Positions 38,201-52,036 of a stretch of 64,000 nucleotides of DNA are shown here, one piece after another. Positions within the stretch are counted from its first letter, which is position 1. Each line of letters opens with the position of its first letter. The notes under the pieces were generated by a model, which had not been told where the DNA came from, made no database searches, and saw only the letters and a list, made by a program, of their open reading frames with translations. Source of the stretch: Trichoplax sp. H2 (Eukaryota); the NCBI GenBank assembly GCA_003344405.1, contig NOWV01000174.1, positions 1 through 64,000 on the forward strand, in the 5' to 3' direction. Both the position numbers and the translations under genes were made by a program.

Positions 38201-41200
38201 GGAGTCATTAACTACAGAATTATAATTTCAAGCTGCTCTAAAAAATCCAAGTTATATTATTGGCAATTTATCATACGAAATCGGATAAATTTTGCTCTAT
38301 AATTCCTATGATTTCTATTAATTAACTTTAAGTTACTTTAATCTGGTACTAATTTCAAAACTAATAAATTTTTTCAGTACTCCTATCATAAAAAGCATTC
38401 AAATTATGGAGAATTCTCAAAATCAGCCTTCATGGGATAGGAGTATAAGTAATGTAGATATGGCGTACTGCATTTATCTCGCAAATCTTTATCTTTTAAG
38501 GGTACGAATAACTTACCTATTCAGCATCCGCCCTAGCCACTAAATTATTCTCGATGATATTTTTAAACGAAGTATATTAGTTAGTATCCGTTGATTCCAA
38601 TACTAAGAGCTCATCTACTAGATTCGATTTCCTTAAAGAGCCATAGAAAGGTTTTATCAACTGTCATTCTTATCTCGTTAATTACTACAACTTCCTGCTG
38701 ACGCTTATAAATATAACTTACTTCCAGTTATTTATTGGCGAAGCTAATGCTAAACAAGGCATAACAGTGACCCATTTCCAAGAAATTATTATTTCAAATG
38801 AACACATTGGCAAGTCAACAGCTACTTTACTTTAATTCATTTTCGTTGATTCTTATATCATGACGTTCAGGAATCGATCATTGTCACCTCTTTGACTATT
38901 TAAAGTTATTGTTACTTATGTTGTTTTAGCACCTAACAATAATTTACACAGATAGTCAGCAGCCTTAAATCTCTTAACGTACATTTATTCTTCGAATATT
39001 ATAAGTTAGCTATAAATTATCCGTCACTTTCGCTTATATGAATAAACTTTCTCTTAGCTGTTGTCATAGTAGAATTCGGACCACCTATTCCAACTCAGGG
39101 CTGTTTTATAATTTTACATTGATTTTAAGTTTCCAATTAGCATAATAGCATTGATATAAAGCTTGGGACTAACCATAATTCTAGGAATAATTATTGGCTT
39201 ATGGTTACAAAAATTAGGTTAATAATATTTTCATGTTATAAGTAAAATAATTTAATATGAATACTCAGTGTTTTGTTACAATGTTATTGAGTGCACACCA
39301 CAACAGTGACTCAGGACAATACTGAATATCATTTCTATTTCTAAGCTTACTTTGAATGAGCCACACTTATCCAAAATGAATATCACTATTTCTTAATAAT
39401 TTATAAAAATAGTTTTACAAAGATATTTATACTCTTTCAAACATAGTCTCTTTGGTTAAATCAGATAATTTACTGATAAACATGGCAATTTTTTTATCTT
39501 TGGATGGTTTTAAACACCGAGTTGTTGTCAAATGAAATTATAAAAGTTTAAAAAATAACATCTAGGTCATATTAAGAATCTACTGCCCAAACTTTCCTGT
39601 GACAAGGGCTATATCCTATTCAAAACAGTTTAATACTTGATATAGAGCGACCGGTGTTATATTCCATAGTAAGTGAAAAATCAGATATAATAGCAGGATT
39701 AAAATCAAAATAAACTACCTATGCAATATAATTAATATAATGTTGCATTCAATCAAAACTGAAGACATTTTCTAGCTTATAATAGCGGTGGATCAGCCAA
39801 AAGGATAAAGACTAACACCGTTATAAAATATTAGAACAATGCAGTAAGCCCTATAATAAACTGCCCTTTCGCTATTTTGATAGTTAAAATTTTTATAGGA
39901 AACTGTATAATTAGTTTAAAAAATGACTGCATCTCCACAAAAAAATTGGAGCAACAAGCACTATAATGAACTGCTCTATATGTTTAAAACTGTTAATCTT
40001 GTAAGAATTGACAACCGTTAAAGTTTTCCCTCTCTGCCAAGTTCCTTTACTTTTAAAGAGTTATAGATAGATAAGCATCGAACTTTTCTAGTATTGGTCT
40101 AGAACTGATAAATTTCATTGATAATAGTATACTGTAAGCTTACATCCAATATAGATTAGTTGGGAAGCGTTTGCCAAAAACTAATATATCTATCTATGCT
40201 CATGTAATCGCTCGCTATTATTTGAAAACTTTATTCAGTGCAATAATATTTATTGAGATTACAATCATCTATAATGCGCCTATAAATTATAACGGACATC
40301 CATACAGTGATTAAATATTGAATAATTTGATGTACAATCCTTGAATTATTTAATATCGAGAGATAGCTATATGATTTTAAAATAAAATAATTGTTCTACC
40401 AGTGCAGATTGCTGCTTGGTAATATCTCAGGAAATTGTTTAAAACAATGCATTAATAATATAGAACTTCAGTTCCTATAGCATATACGAGTACTGTAACT
40501 AATGTCTTACTATCATGAAGGTACCCTTTATATTCCAAGTTTATTTTTAAAAGATTTTGCTATTCATTTGTTAACTGCAGGTAAGAATGAACAAATACTT
40601 TGATACTAAAAAATTAAATTCCGATAATATCTTATATTAACTCTTGGAAAATAATTTTAATATTAATATGACTGTATTATTCGTTGTCTAGATCCTAATA
40701 TCATAATTTATTTTTGTGTCATAATCATAAAGTTGAGTAAGAATAAATGCCTAGATAGATACAAAAACCGAGCTATAACTAATTTCATATGATCTACAAT
40801 TAGATCTTTAGTACCTTTACCTTAGCATAGAATGACCTATAAAAAATTGCGCGACATCTTTAAGATTTTGCTGTACGTTAGTGGTTAGATATTTTATTAC
40901 TCGATTGTCGACGATAGCAGATCCCTATGTAGCATCGAATAATGCATAGAATTCTCCACTTTATAAGGATTAAATGCGACATATTAGCTACTATTAAATA
41001 ATGTTATTTTATCTTATTCTCAATTTCTTTATTTGCCTAACTGCCATTAATTAATCAATTCATTAAAACGGGCAGTAATCTGATCTGTATTTAATTTTCG
41101 ATCCAATTTCCGACTACGTTAGTGCAAATGATAACCGTTAACCACTATTTAATAATATTATTTTAGTGTCACTACCAATACCATGACTAGATAGAAGGAA

Positions 41201-44003
41201 ACAGATTTCTATCCCCGGTAGTCTGTAATTATTGTACCGTACTACCTGTATTTATTCTGATAAAAGGAGCAACTGTATTAAATACGTTAAGTAAGTTGAT
41301 GCAATTTATTGTCATAGTAATCAACATTACGTTTTTTCATTGATTTTGCAGATTATTTTATTGTCTTTAAACAAGCTTCAACTGCAGAAAGTAAGTTAAT
41401 TTTCATCTAATTTTCTAACTGTAGCGGTTTGACCGCTATAGATATTAACAATCAATACTCTAATAAGTAATGTTGCATTCTAACATTACTTTCAGATATC
41501 CGCTTCAGTGACATTAAGTAACCACTGAATTAAGTGTAGAAAAGTAAATTGGTCTAATTTTCGATCAAACTTTTGATGGTCGTAATCGATGCCACATATT
41601 AACTTACATCAATAATATTCAAAGCTATCCTGAATTCAATCCTTTTCTTTACTATCATAAAGTTAAAAGGTCTAAAGGAAATAAATCAACTTGAAATTTT
41701 TTGCTTGTGAGATCTAGCGACAATTGAAAGCTATTAAAATAATCTAAATTTAAAACATTTTCCTATCATGATTTACTTGTATATCAATTATATAATCATT
41801 CCTACCGATAATAACAAAAGATAGCAATTTATGTGTGCATATTGTTATGTATCGACGTCAAAACATTGCATAATAGTCACTTTATACGAAACATCCTTAT
41901 TCATGATCAATTTATCAATACTAAATTGCTTTTAGGCTAAAACGTATTGAACTTCTTTAACATATTTAAACCTATTTTATTTATGATTACATTTATCAAT
42001 ATTATTATGATCAATACTGTCAATCACAGTGTAGACATGGAATTAAAATTTCTATACAATTGTATTATTTAAATAAAATAGTAAACTGTCAATTTTTTTA
42101 TTGCATCCTTTACAGTAACTGAATCCATTATCAACAACATAACTTTCTATTTACATTATTCAAGCCCCCAAATATGCAATCATATATCAAAATTTTCAAA
42201 ATATCCTCATCACCAATACTTTAAAAACTACATTGTAAGAACATCAATAGTCTTTTTAAAGAGGAGCAGCAAGCAGGAGAATAAGGTATAGACATCTACT
42301 TTAAAATTTCTTAAACTGACTTTAAATCAATCCATCCTTTTTATCTTTAAAAGTTAAAAAAGTTTAAACGCACATATATTCTGATACCATTCACGATCTG
42401 AAATGTATATATTTTAATTCTTCATTCTTATAAGTGATGAATTTTCAGTGGATTAAAAAGAGTGTTATCCAACTAATCTAAAACTACCATGCCTATTAAT
42501 CAGTTTTGATATTTCATTACAATTCCATGCCGTAGCAGGTCTGATCTATAATCTTAGATATGAATTGCAGTAACTTTCATGGCTTCTTAATAAAAATTCG
42601 ATGTATTAAAGTTTTACTTAAAATGGAAATAGACCAACTAAGATAACTTTCGCTTAATCCTATTATTCGTTCAGCTGCAACATAATTTTTTTAATACAGT
42701 TGTAACTAAAGATAACAACATGCTAAAATTCTTTTCAATTTACTCTGTGATGATTTATAAACACCTAACGCCTGTTTTAAAGAGACGTGAAAAACTGTCC
42801 CACTATATTGAAGGTATTGTTTCCAAAGCACACCCAAAAAACTCTCAGTAACGTTTTAGAAACAGTTATCAGGGTTTAGGTCAAACTTAACCCGTCATTA
42901 CAGTCACCTTTAGTTTCAAATTTCTAGCAAAAGCAGAGATAAATGCTTAGTTAATCAGTCTTCGATTTTTGCTACAACCTACATTTAACAATATTTTTCA
43001 ACAAGACATCAGACGCAAAAATAGTTTTACTTTAAACAGAAATCACCTGAACTGTTATTTACTATCATCATTTTTTCGTTCATCTCAATAATCAAAAAAT
43101 CAATACTGATTACAGTAAATAGTTATACTGCCTCGATCGGAAAATTCAATGTATTGAAATTCCTGTCACCTTATTACGTCGTAATTTATAAAATGATTGC
43201 CTGCTCATCAGCTGAGACATAGGAAGGCTCTGCTAAGATTTCTAATGAAATAAATTTACAGAACCAGTTTCAAAATATCATGCAAAGATATTACAGATTC
43301 TATCTACATGCCTTAAAGATAATTTCATCGCCTCATATTTCTTACAATCAGACTTATTATAATTACACCGAAAAGACTTATTTTAGCACTAGGTTACCTT
43401 AGACAAATATTTGAAAAACATTATCCGGCTATCAAAGTCTCTTACTGATTAGAGTAACATATATTTAGATATTGATAGTTAAACCGATCATATAGAGAGT
43501 TAACACATATAATGCAATAATCATCATTTAATATTTACATTAACTGTCGATACTAAGTGTTTGCCTGGATGATTTAAAATAGTTATTAATCAATTGATAC
43601 GAACTCATAAGCCTAACAAAAACCATTTTAAAAGCCCGTATAGCAACAATTTTGCCCATTTAAATTGTAACTGTTACGCTTTCTAACGAATGTGTCTTAA
43701 CTCCATTAAATCCTTTATGGAATATTATGTATGTTATATGATACGGGCATAAAATTTATTGTAGCAAAACTAATGTGCCAAAGCTGAAACTGATCCTTTC
43801 TCAAATTGATAGATGGTTATTATAGTAGCTATAAGTAAAGTATTTGGAGTGTAGCTCATATTATAAAATCATTTCTTAATAAATAAGATAGAAATGGATT
43901 AAATCATTACAGTATTCATTAACTCACGAAAGTGTAAAATGAAGTTTTTTTGTATATTAATTGAATTTATAGATACTCATTCTTGATTGGTCAAATCTTT
44001 AAA

Positions 44004-47000
44004 ATGAAAATGACAAGAAATTTAAGTAATTTCAATATTTTAGCTACTTTTTGGATTAAAAAATTATTGCTACTGTACTTAATCAACCAAATAGTCGTAG
44101 TCAATGGTAATAAACTGTGCCGAAAGTGTTGGTGTACGAATAATGCAGAGATTCATTGTCAAAATGTCCCTTTACCGTGGATTGCTCAAGCATCAAGTCA
44201 AGAGACAAAATCGCTGTAAGTTTATACTGATTCAACGTAGCGTCGCTAACCTCATCATCAACAGACAGTATCATCATTTATTTAGATGAATTTAGATGAT
44301 AAGTTCCTTCATTTCATTTGGAGTTCTGCACGAGATTATTATTATTAACGGATGATCTGCTTTATAACGCAAGTTTTTTGATTAATAATTTGTAGTATGC
44401 TTTCATCACGACTTGATTAATAATAATTTTATCTCACTTGATATGAACTGGCAGTCGTAACAGTAAATATATTGTGTGCAGAATTGTCACGAATATATGA
44501 TGCAAATTTTTATTTACTGCAATTGCTGCAGTCACATAATTATATTGCCTAAGGCTAACAATTAAGCTTCAATAATAGACTATGCAACTGTGTTACTCGA
44601 TACGTTTAAATAATTGATCAAGCAAGCTTTATTATCGTTTTGAATAGCAGTTATAAGAATATCTTTAAATTATAGATGTTTAAATCAATAATTTACGTAA
44701 TTGATGAAGTGTGATATTAGGTTGGCATTTTATTACCTTATAATTCTGTCATTGTTAGATTGTTATGACTAAGAAACAAGCATAAGCAGGTACTTACAGT
44801 TTTATTCAAGCAGTATTCAGAGCCTAAAATTCTATCAATTTGCCCGTAAGAATAGCATTAAAATAAGTTAGTTTTCCTTGCTGAGGTTCCCTAGAGTTAG
44901 TCGGAGATCAAATAGAATAGATAGAAGAGTTTAAGATCGATTGCGAAAGTTGCTTTGTGACAATGTACAACTATAGCAATATGACGACGAAGCATCTGAA
45001 TCATTCTTTGCTTATCATCGAAGTTAAATGCATCGAAACATCGTTTATCCTGAGGCTTTTTGTCCTATTTAATCGCAATAACTGAAGTAAATATTATACA
45101 ATAGTGTATCATACAAGTAGCACAAAGCACCAGAAAATTGGTCGTACTTATGTATCACCCAAATATACTAGTAATGTCTAAAAACATGAGACATTGAATT
45201 TTTATTCGTAATTCTATTATTTGAAACAGTTTCAATATTTTTTAGAAAATTTTATGTTACGTTTTATGTAATCTAGCACTACATAGCGTAAAGTTGACAT
45301 AAATTTATAATAATACTGTGTGACTCTGTGTATTTAAGCAGCATTAATTTTTCGCAAATTTAGGAAATAAGCGAGCAATAATTTATTCTCTTGTTTTGTA
45401 CAATTGCCCACGGTTACAATGTTATTCGTAAACATCCACAAAATTAACAATCGTGCTAATAAATTTCTTGGACTGAATCAGTTGGTAATGAGTAAGCGAA
45501 TCACTTTTGCAATTAGAATTTTTTGAAAGTAAAATTTTAGTTTGTTTTAGTGACATTTAGATCCGAAGCTTAATTCATGAATATTTTAGAGTAGGACTTA
45601 GAAAATAAGCCAATAAAGTCTTTGTTTATATTATCCTTAAACGTTTTTTATTATTTTTAATCTATAAAATTGTCATGATAGCGATATAAGTAACTTAGAT
45701 TCATGAATGTATAATTAAGTAATATTTGAGTAGCTCTTTCTTGTCTTAACTGCTTAATGAGATCAACTAATTAATGCAGAATGTGTCGAAATCAACATTT
45801 ATGCGCTAAATAATCTTATATTTATACTGTCTCTGAACAGCCTTCAAGTATTGAAACCTTGAACAGAAAGAATTATCCTAAAGATACACAAATCACAAAT
45901 CGATTCCCTATTAATTATTAATTATTTCAATTTTATTGCCATTGCATATCTATAATTTAAATACAGTACACTTCATTCAATTTAAATAAAATAATGTTGG
46001 AATATTTTACTAAAGACGTATATTTTTCATGAGTAATTTCAAATTCTTTACATAGAAGCCTACACATTAATAATGAACCGAGTACTTCAGACGTCAGTTA
46101 TAAGTGTTGTTGCATTTTGACGTAAACTCTTGATATGTTTTTCATTCGAATAATTAATTCAATATATGTAAAGGAGGCAGACAGAAATATTTGAAAAAAT
46201 TTATACTCTACCATTACACTGTAATACATTACTTATTTACTAGAGTCATTTTCTTATATGTTTTCAGCACACTGATTATCGTCTTGTTAATTGCTTAGCT
46301 TTTTATAAAATAAATAATTAAAATATTTCCTTTACGCTGTTCTTTCGTCATTTTTTAATAAGCAGAATAGTTATGAACACTTATGCTCAATCTAATTATT
46401 ATTCTGGAATCGATACCTTGCCTAAATATTCCTTTCAAAATTTTACCAATCTTCAGATGTTGTAAGTTACAGAAAAAATGTACTAATTAAGTTACTAAGG
46501 TTATATCGATTTCAAAACTGTAGTAATAATAGAATGGAGAGTGGTATTTAATTATTTTGTTGACTTTTCATGTTCTCTTGATAGCAATATTAAAGTATCT
46601 GCTGTAGGCCATAACCAACTATGCACTCTTTGCAAATGATCGCTTATAGGCAAATTATTTCTGATTCCATGCAAGTTATTAATAGTAAAGCTTTTTATCG
46701 TTTGTCTCAATTACAAGAAATGTAAGTTTGATATTCAACAACAGCTATTAAGTTTTACTTTCACAAACTAAGTTAGAGGGTATAATAGTAGTACGTAATA
46801 TACCCCAGATATCGAAATGCTACAAGCAAAGGTAGAGTAAACTAGTGAATTTTATATATCATTAGTAATGGATATGTTCCGTTCCGTAAAGATTGCTTTT
46901 TCACGAAGTTTCAATTTGGTATTATAACTCACTTGAACTATTTATTGAGTATAATATCGCAAATTAAGTAGCTTTGATAATTATTCAACGCACAAGCTAA

Positions 47001-49978
47001 TCGATAAGATGATTTTCATTATTTTCAGAGCCTTGATTGATTGTATTTATTTGACTCATTTCCCGAGGTTATCTAGATTACTTAATGCCAAAAAAGTGTA
47101 AGCCCGATATTAATTGTAAATAATGCAGTAGTATCAAATCATTGTACTTTTTTCGATTATTTATTGAAGGAGGAAGAAATCTCTTCTATTTGCATGATAT
47201 CCAATTATGAATTCGATATCTGTCTGCTCATCTAATTATTGCATTTACCGCAAATCGAGAAATAGCAAATATTATAAAATCTAATGCAGTTTCAATGCCC
47301 ATTGATATATAGGATTATACGTCATTCTAATATTTCGAGAATACCTGAAAATGCCTTTCATGGATTGAACCAGTTACAAATCATGTAAGAGCGTGATATA
47401 TAGCATCATCAACTAAACATTAATAATATCTCAAAACACCGTATTAGTTCAACATTATTTTTTTGCTCTTCTAATTATTCGCGGTTATTTTGATAAGTGA
47501 TTTATCAGACAACAAGATCGTAAGCATACAGGAACATGTTTTTGCAAACGCCGGAAGTCATCTTGGCATATCAATGTAAGAAAATACTACTCTTAAAGTA
47601 AAATGATCAGTGAATGAAATAAAGATCCTATCCAGTAATTTCATGGTCCGACAATAATTATTATAATCAAAGGAACTTAAATATAGTTTTAAGGATTGAT
47701 GATTTTTCAAGTAATTTTTATTTTAATTCTATTCCGAGAAAATCTGGTTAAAAATTATATGCAGAAATTCTGCAATTACGGTAATCTTTAAATTATCATG
47801 TAACTACGTGCAGCGTATTGTGAATTATTTTTTAACAAGAGCCTCATCTTAGAACTTTTTAGCAATTGGAGAGAATTTTAATGGAGCTCGATTTTGTTTA
47901 TCATTCTGGATAGAAATTTACTTGCAATTGCTAATAAAGATTTTGTATTAAATTAGATACCGAACGAGCAGCTTTAGCAGTATTTATATGCTTCATTTCT
48001 AGTTCTATGCCATCGACAATGATTTCATGAATAATTCTTATATAAACTCTGAACAGATTTACGTTATTATTTACAGAGATTTAAGCAGAAATCCATTGAA
48101 TTCACTTCATTCTAATGCATTTGAACACTTCTATCCTGCTACTCCTGCTATGTTGAAGCTGTAAGTATTCATTTGATCGAGCTGTCATCGTAAATGCATC
48201 TTAGTTAAAGCAGTCTATAGTGTTTAATTTTTAGTGAGAGGACTGTAAATAGCAACTTATCGTAGCTACATAAAAACCATGTTTGGTAAAGGTATTAGGC
48301 GTGAATGTTTACGTATGCATCGGCCTCTGGGTATAAATTCGTTTCTAGAATTTTCCTCAAGAGTTACTTACAATATTTGAATTGATTTATTAGATTTTAC
48401 CATTCAATTTCGAAATACAAACTATTAACAAATCACTCAATGGACTTTTTATTCTTTTACAGAAATATTTCTGGTACCTATATTACCCATTTAAACTTTC
48501 CTTCAGATGTAAATCGAGCTGATAATGGTCTAATCAGTTTGCGCTCATTAGATGCAGATTCTCGGTCTTTTATTCGTTTGCCAAAGCCATTAAAAGTGCC
48601 ACTCATCCGTAATATTCAAGTCCATCATCCGTATCTTTGCTGTATATTTCAAAGTGAACTTACCAAACTGCGTCTGCAGTACAATCAGTCTATTAATGGG
48701 ACTGAGACTAGAAGTTATAGAGAATATATAGGGCTGGAAAATATGTCGAATACATTCAATGATGCAATAACATATTCATGGCCATGGAGCGACAACCCCT
48801 GGAAACCTAACGGAAACAAGACTAATACAGATCCACCAGGCTTTTTCTTTCCGTCTATTTTACCGCCTACTTCTAAAACAGATCTAGTTAATCAAGGTGG
48901 TGGAGGTTTTGTCGGTAATAAAACTACCTTGAATAAAGATGTAATCAATTTAATCCAGTACAATCAAAATCTATCATTAATTAGCTACTCTGACTTAATG
49001 AATCTTGGAGGTGGTTATGGTGGTCAATCACCTGTCATTTGTAGGCCACAACCCAATGAATTTACGCCGTGTGAAAATATTTTAGGTGATTGGTATTTAA
49101 GAATACCAGAATGGTTCATGTTTATTGCAGCTACAATTGGTAACATCCTGGTTCTCATCGTTATCTATGGAAGCCCATTAAAATTTACTATTACTAAGTT
49201 TCTTATTTGTAATTTAGCCATCGCCGATTTGTGCATGGGATTCTACTTAGGTACCATGGCGACAATCGATGCTATCTTTGCTGATAATTACGCCAACTTT
49301 GCAATTGCTTGGCAACTTAGCGCTGGTTGTAAGTTAGCAGGATTTATTGCAGTCTTTTCTACGGAATTATCAGTTTATACCTTGCTTATGATTACCATCG
49401 AACGCTATATGGTGGTGACTAATGCAATGTATTACAAGCGCCATTTAAAATTGCGGGGTGCATGCATAGCCATGCTGATCGGATGGATATTTGGTCTTAC
49501 CTTGGCCACTCTACCACTACTCCATGTGAACAGCTATTCTAAGACATGTATTTGCCTACCATCTGATATCGATACGCTTGTTGGTAAATTATATATGGCC
49601 GTGATTTTAACATTAAATGGAATGGCTACCATTCTAGTTATGGGTTGCTATTTACACATCTTTTACGTTGTCCACTATTCCAATAGCGCTATTACTAGAA
49701 ATACCGCAAATCGAACGGATTTAATTATTGCTCGTAGAATGTTAATATTGATTTTCGTTGATTTCTTATGTTGGGCTCCCATCGCCGTTTTTGGCTTAAG
49801 TGCTGTTTTTGGCCTGAAATTAATTTCAGTTAGCAAGGCAAAGTTCCTTATGGTCTTTATTTTTCCGCTAAACTCCTGCATGAATCCTTTTTTATATACT
49901 TTCTTTAGCAAATCTTTTCATAAAGATTGTAAAGCGTATTGGAATTGTGTTCATAGCAAATTACGTCGAGATTCATAA
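44004..49978 (+). CDS. Glycoprotein hormone receptor-like LGR (type A, TSHR/FSHR/LHCGR family), ~732 aa; exons 44004-44215, 46366-46461, 46650-46721, 47029-47097, 47313-47384, 47498-47575, 48077-48160, 48463-49978
   Basis: Signal peptide, LRR N-cap (CRKCWC...IHC), six phase-2 LRR exons of 69-96 nt (e.g. IIRHSNISRIPENAFHGLNQL), hinge HPYLCCIF...CRPQPNEFTPCENILG, and 7TM with KFLICNLAIADLCMG, STELSVYTL..ITIERY, IARRMLILIFVDFLCWAP, NSCMNPFLY. Confidence 0.93.
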
Positions 49979-52036
49979 AAGTAACGTGATTGATAGCATT
50001 TCAAAGCTAATGAATGAATTGTATTTGATATGGATATTAGCAGATATTGACCGCTGTTGTACAATTTTAACTTTAACATGAGCATAGTAGCTTTACAAGC
50101 CATATTATATCAAAATACAGTAACATCAGAAACAGTTTGTTCTATGCCGACAGAGAAGAATATTTAATCCGCATTAAGAAATAATATTTACTATAAGTTT
50201 GTTGTCTTGAAATAGCAAAGAATAAGAAGGACTGTAAGTAATTTCGTGCATGCTTCGGAAAAATGTAGTGGTGTCCTTATTTCTTACTAAGAATATAAAT
50301 AATTATACTGCAGTTCTTGTGGCTATCATAAGAACATTGTAACTCCAAGTACTTTTGTCTTATTTATTTTTAGCTAAACTTACTAATTTTGATTGCTCTT
50401 GAGTGAGTATGCGTTTGTGTGTTCATGTATACAAGTATGTATTTATTATGGGCATAGTTTTAACGCTTATATTTTAACTAGCTACCATATTGTTTGCTTA
50501 AAATTTTTAAGCATAGTAAATGTAGTAGAACAATTCTCTAGGCTCAATTTTGTAGCAAGTTATCGCTACTTCTATATTATCTCTTGTATAATATTTAATA
50601 GATGCTCATAGGACTTCTGTCGGTATCTTTACCGTAATTGGTCGAAATTTAGTTAATATAGCGGTGAAATATCAATTTTATAGCTATGATCCTTAGCTTT
50701 ATAGTAAATTCTTACGTTTTGGCTCTTGAATGCTTCGAGTATAATTTAAGTAAATAACAAGCTTTGACTAGATTAAGTTGACGCCGTGTTTAAAAATTTA
50801 CTGAGCTCATAGTGATACGAGTATGTGCTTAATGATAATGTTTTAGTATTTACAAGCAGGTTTGTACTAGGATAAATCAGTATCACTGAGGTAATGGAGC
50901 TGAGGAACAAGCTCTGGTAAGACTAGAGTAAATTCCTAATTAGTATATAAAACTATTTACTAAAAGCTGCTAGTGATAAAGTGTTTCCAAAATAATGAAC
51001 AAGAAGATAGCTAGATTAGGCATTAGGACTAATAGATCTAGTATGGTAAAAAATAAGGTAAACATGGCACCAAATCTACCTTGAATATTATAGTAATACT
51101 TAGCTAATTCATTAATAAAGTAACAATCGTGGTTAAGATCTTCAATCTTAGTTAAGCATCTTGTGACTCACTGAAACTTCACCATAAATCATTCTACAAG
51201 CTAAGTTTAAAATCCAAGTTACAACGTAAATGATTGACATCAGAAGCATTTTTGGAATACGAGTCATAATATAGAAAACTCGGACTATAAATTATCCCTC
51301 AATTGATACGGAAATAGCGAGGCTGTTCCTGCATACGAGTATTTTATTGACGCAAGCATTATCCGCTCATTGCTTTAATTAATTCAGGCAAACAACAGTA
51401 TGCATACTAGAGTATCTAATTTATAAATTTCTCGATTCAAAACAAATGACCCACCGATCCATGCTAATGAACGTGTTAACTACTGGTAGATGTTGTATCG
51501 AATCGTTCTCTCTAATAATATATCCTTTATCGTTATTTAATTAATAAGCGTATAAAATATAAGTTATTAATTTCCTAGACTAATCACAGTTTGAAAAGTA
51601 ATACATTTCAATTAACTGCTTAAAGGCCAACAATCGACTGTACTGGATTATCACTCAAATTCTGCTTGAGGCTCATGTTAAATTTCTATTTTCATTTATT
51701 TGGCAATTTCTATAATAGATAATGACTAATTCTACTGATCATGACTTCACCATGACCAGGCATTAAATTGCTTAATAATTTTATCGATAGAAAATTCCAT
51801 AGATAAATTTTTCAATGGCAAAGAGATGATAACATTAATAGCAAACTTTAAGATAAAAAACAGCATAGTTTAAGTCATCAGTTTCGAGAGTGTTAACTTT
51901 CAATTAGTATGCTGACTTTTGTCATTTACGTAGATAAAAAGACCCACATGACTTTGTACTATACAGCAGCTACAGTTATAAATCGTCATACGATAAGCCA
52001 GTGCTTGACGACCAGAAATACGTATTAAAGATTTTA

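Noticed and set aside
46056..46121. Open phase-2 segment SLHINNEPSTSDVSYKCCCIL in LGR intron 1
   Set aside because: Lacks the LRR consensus and has a weak donor; not needed for the gene model.
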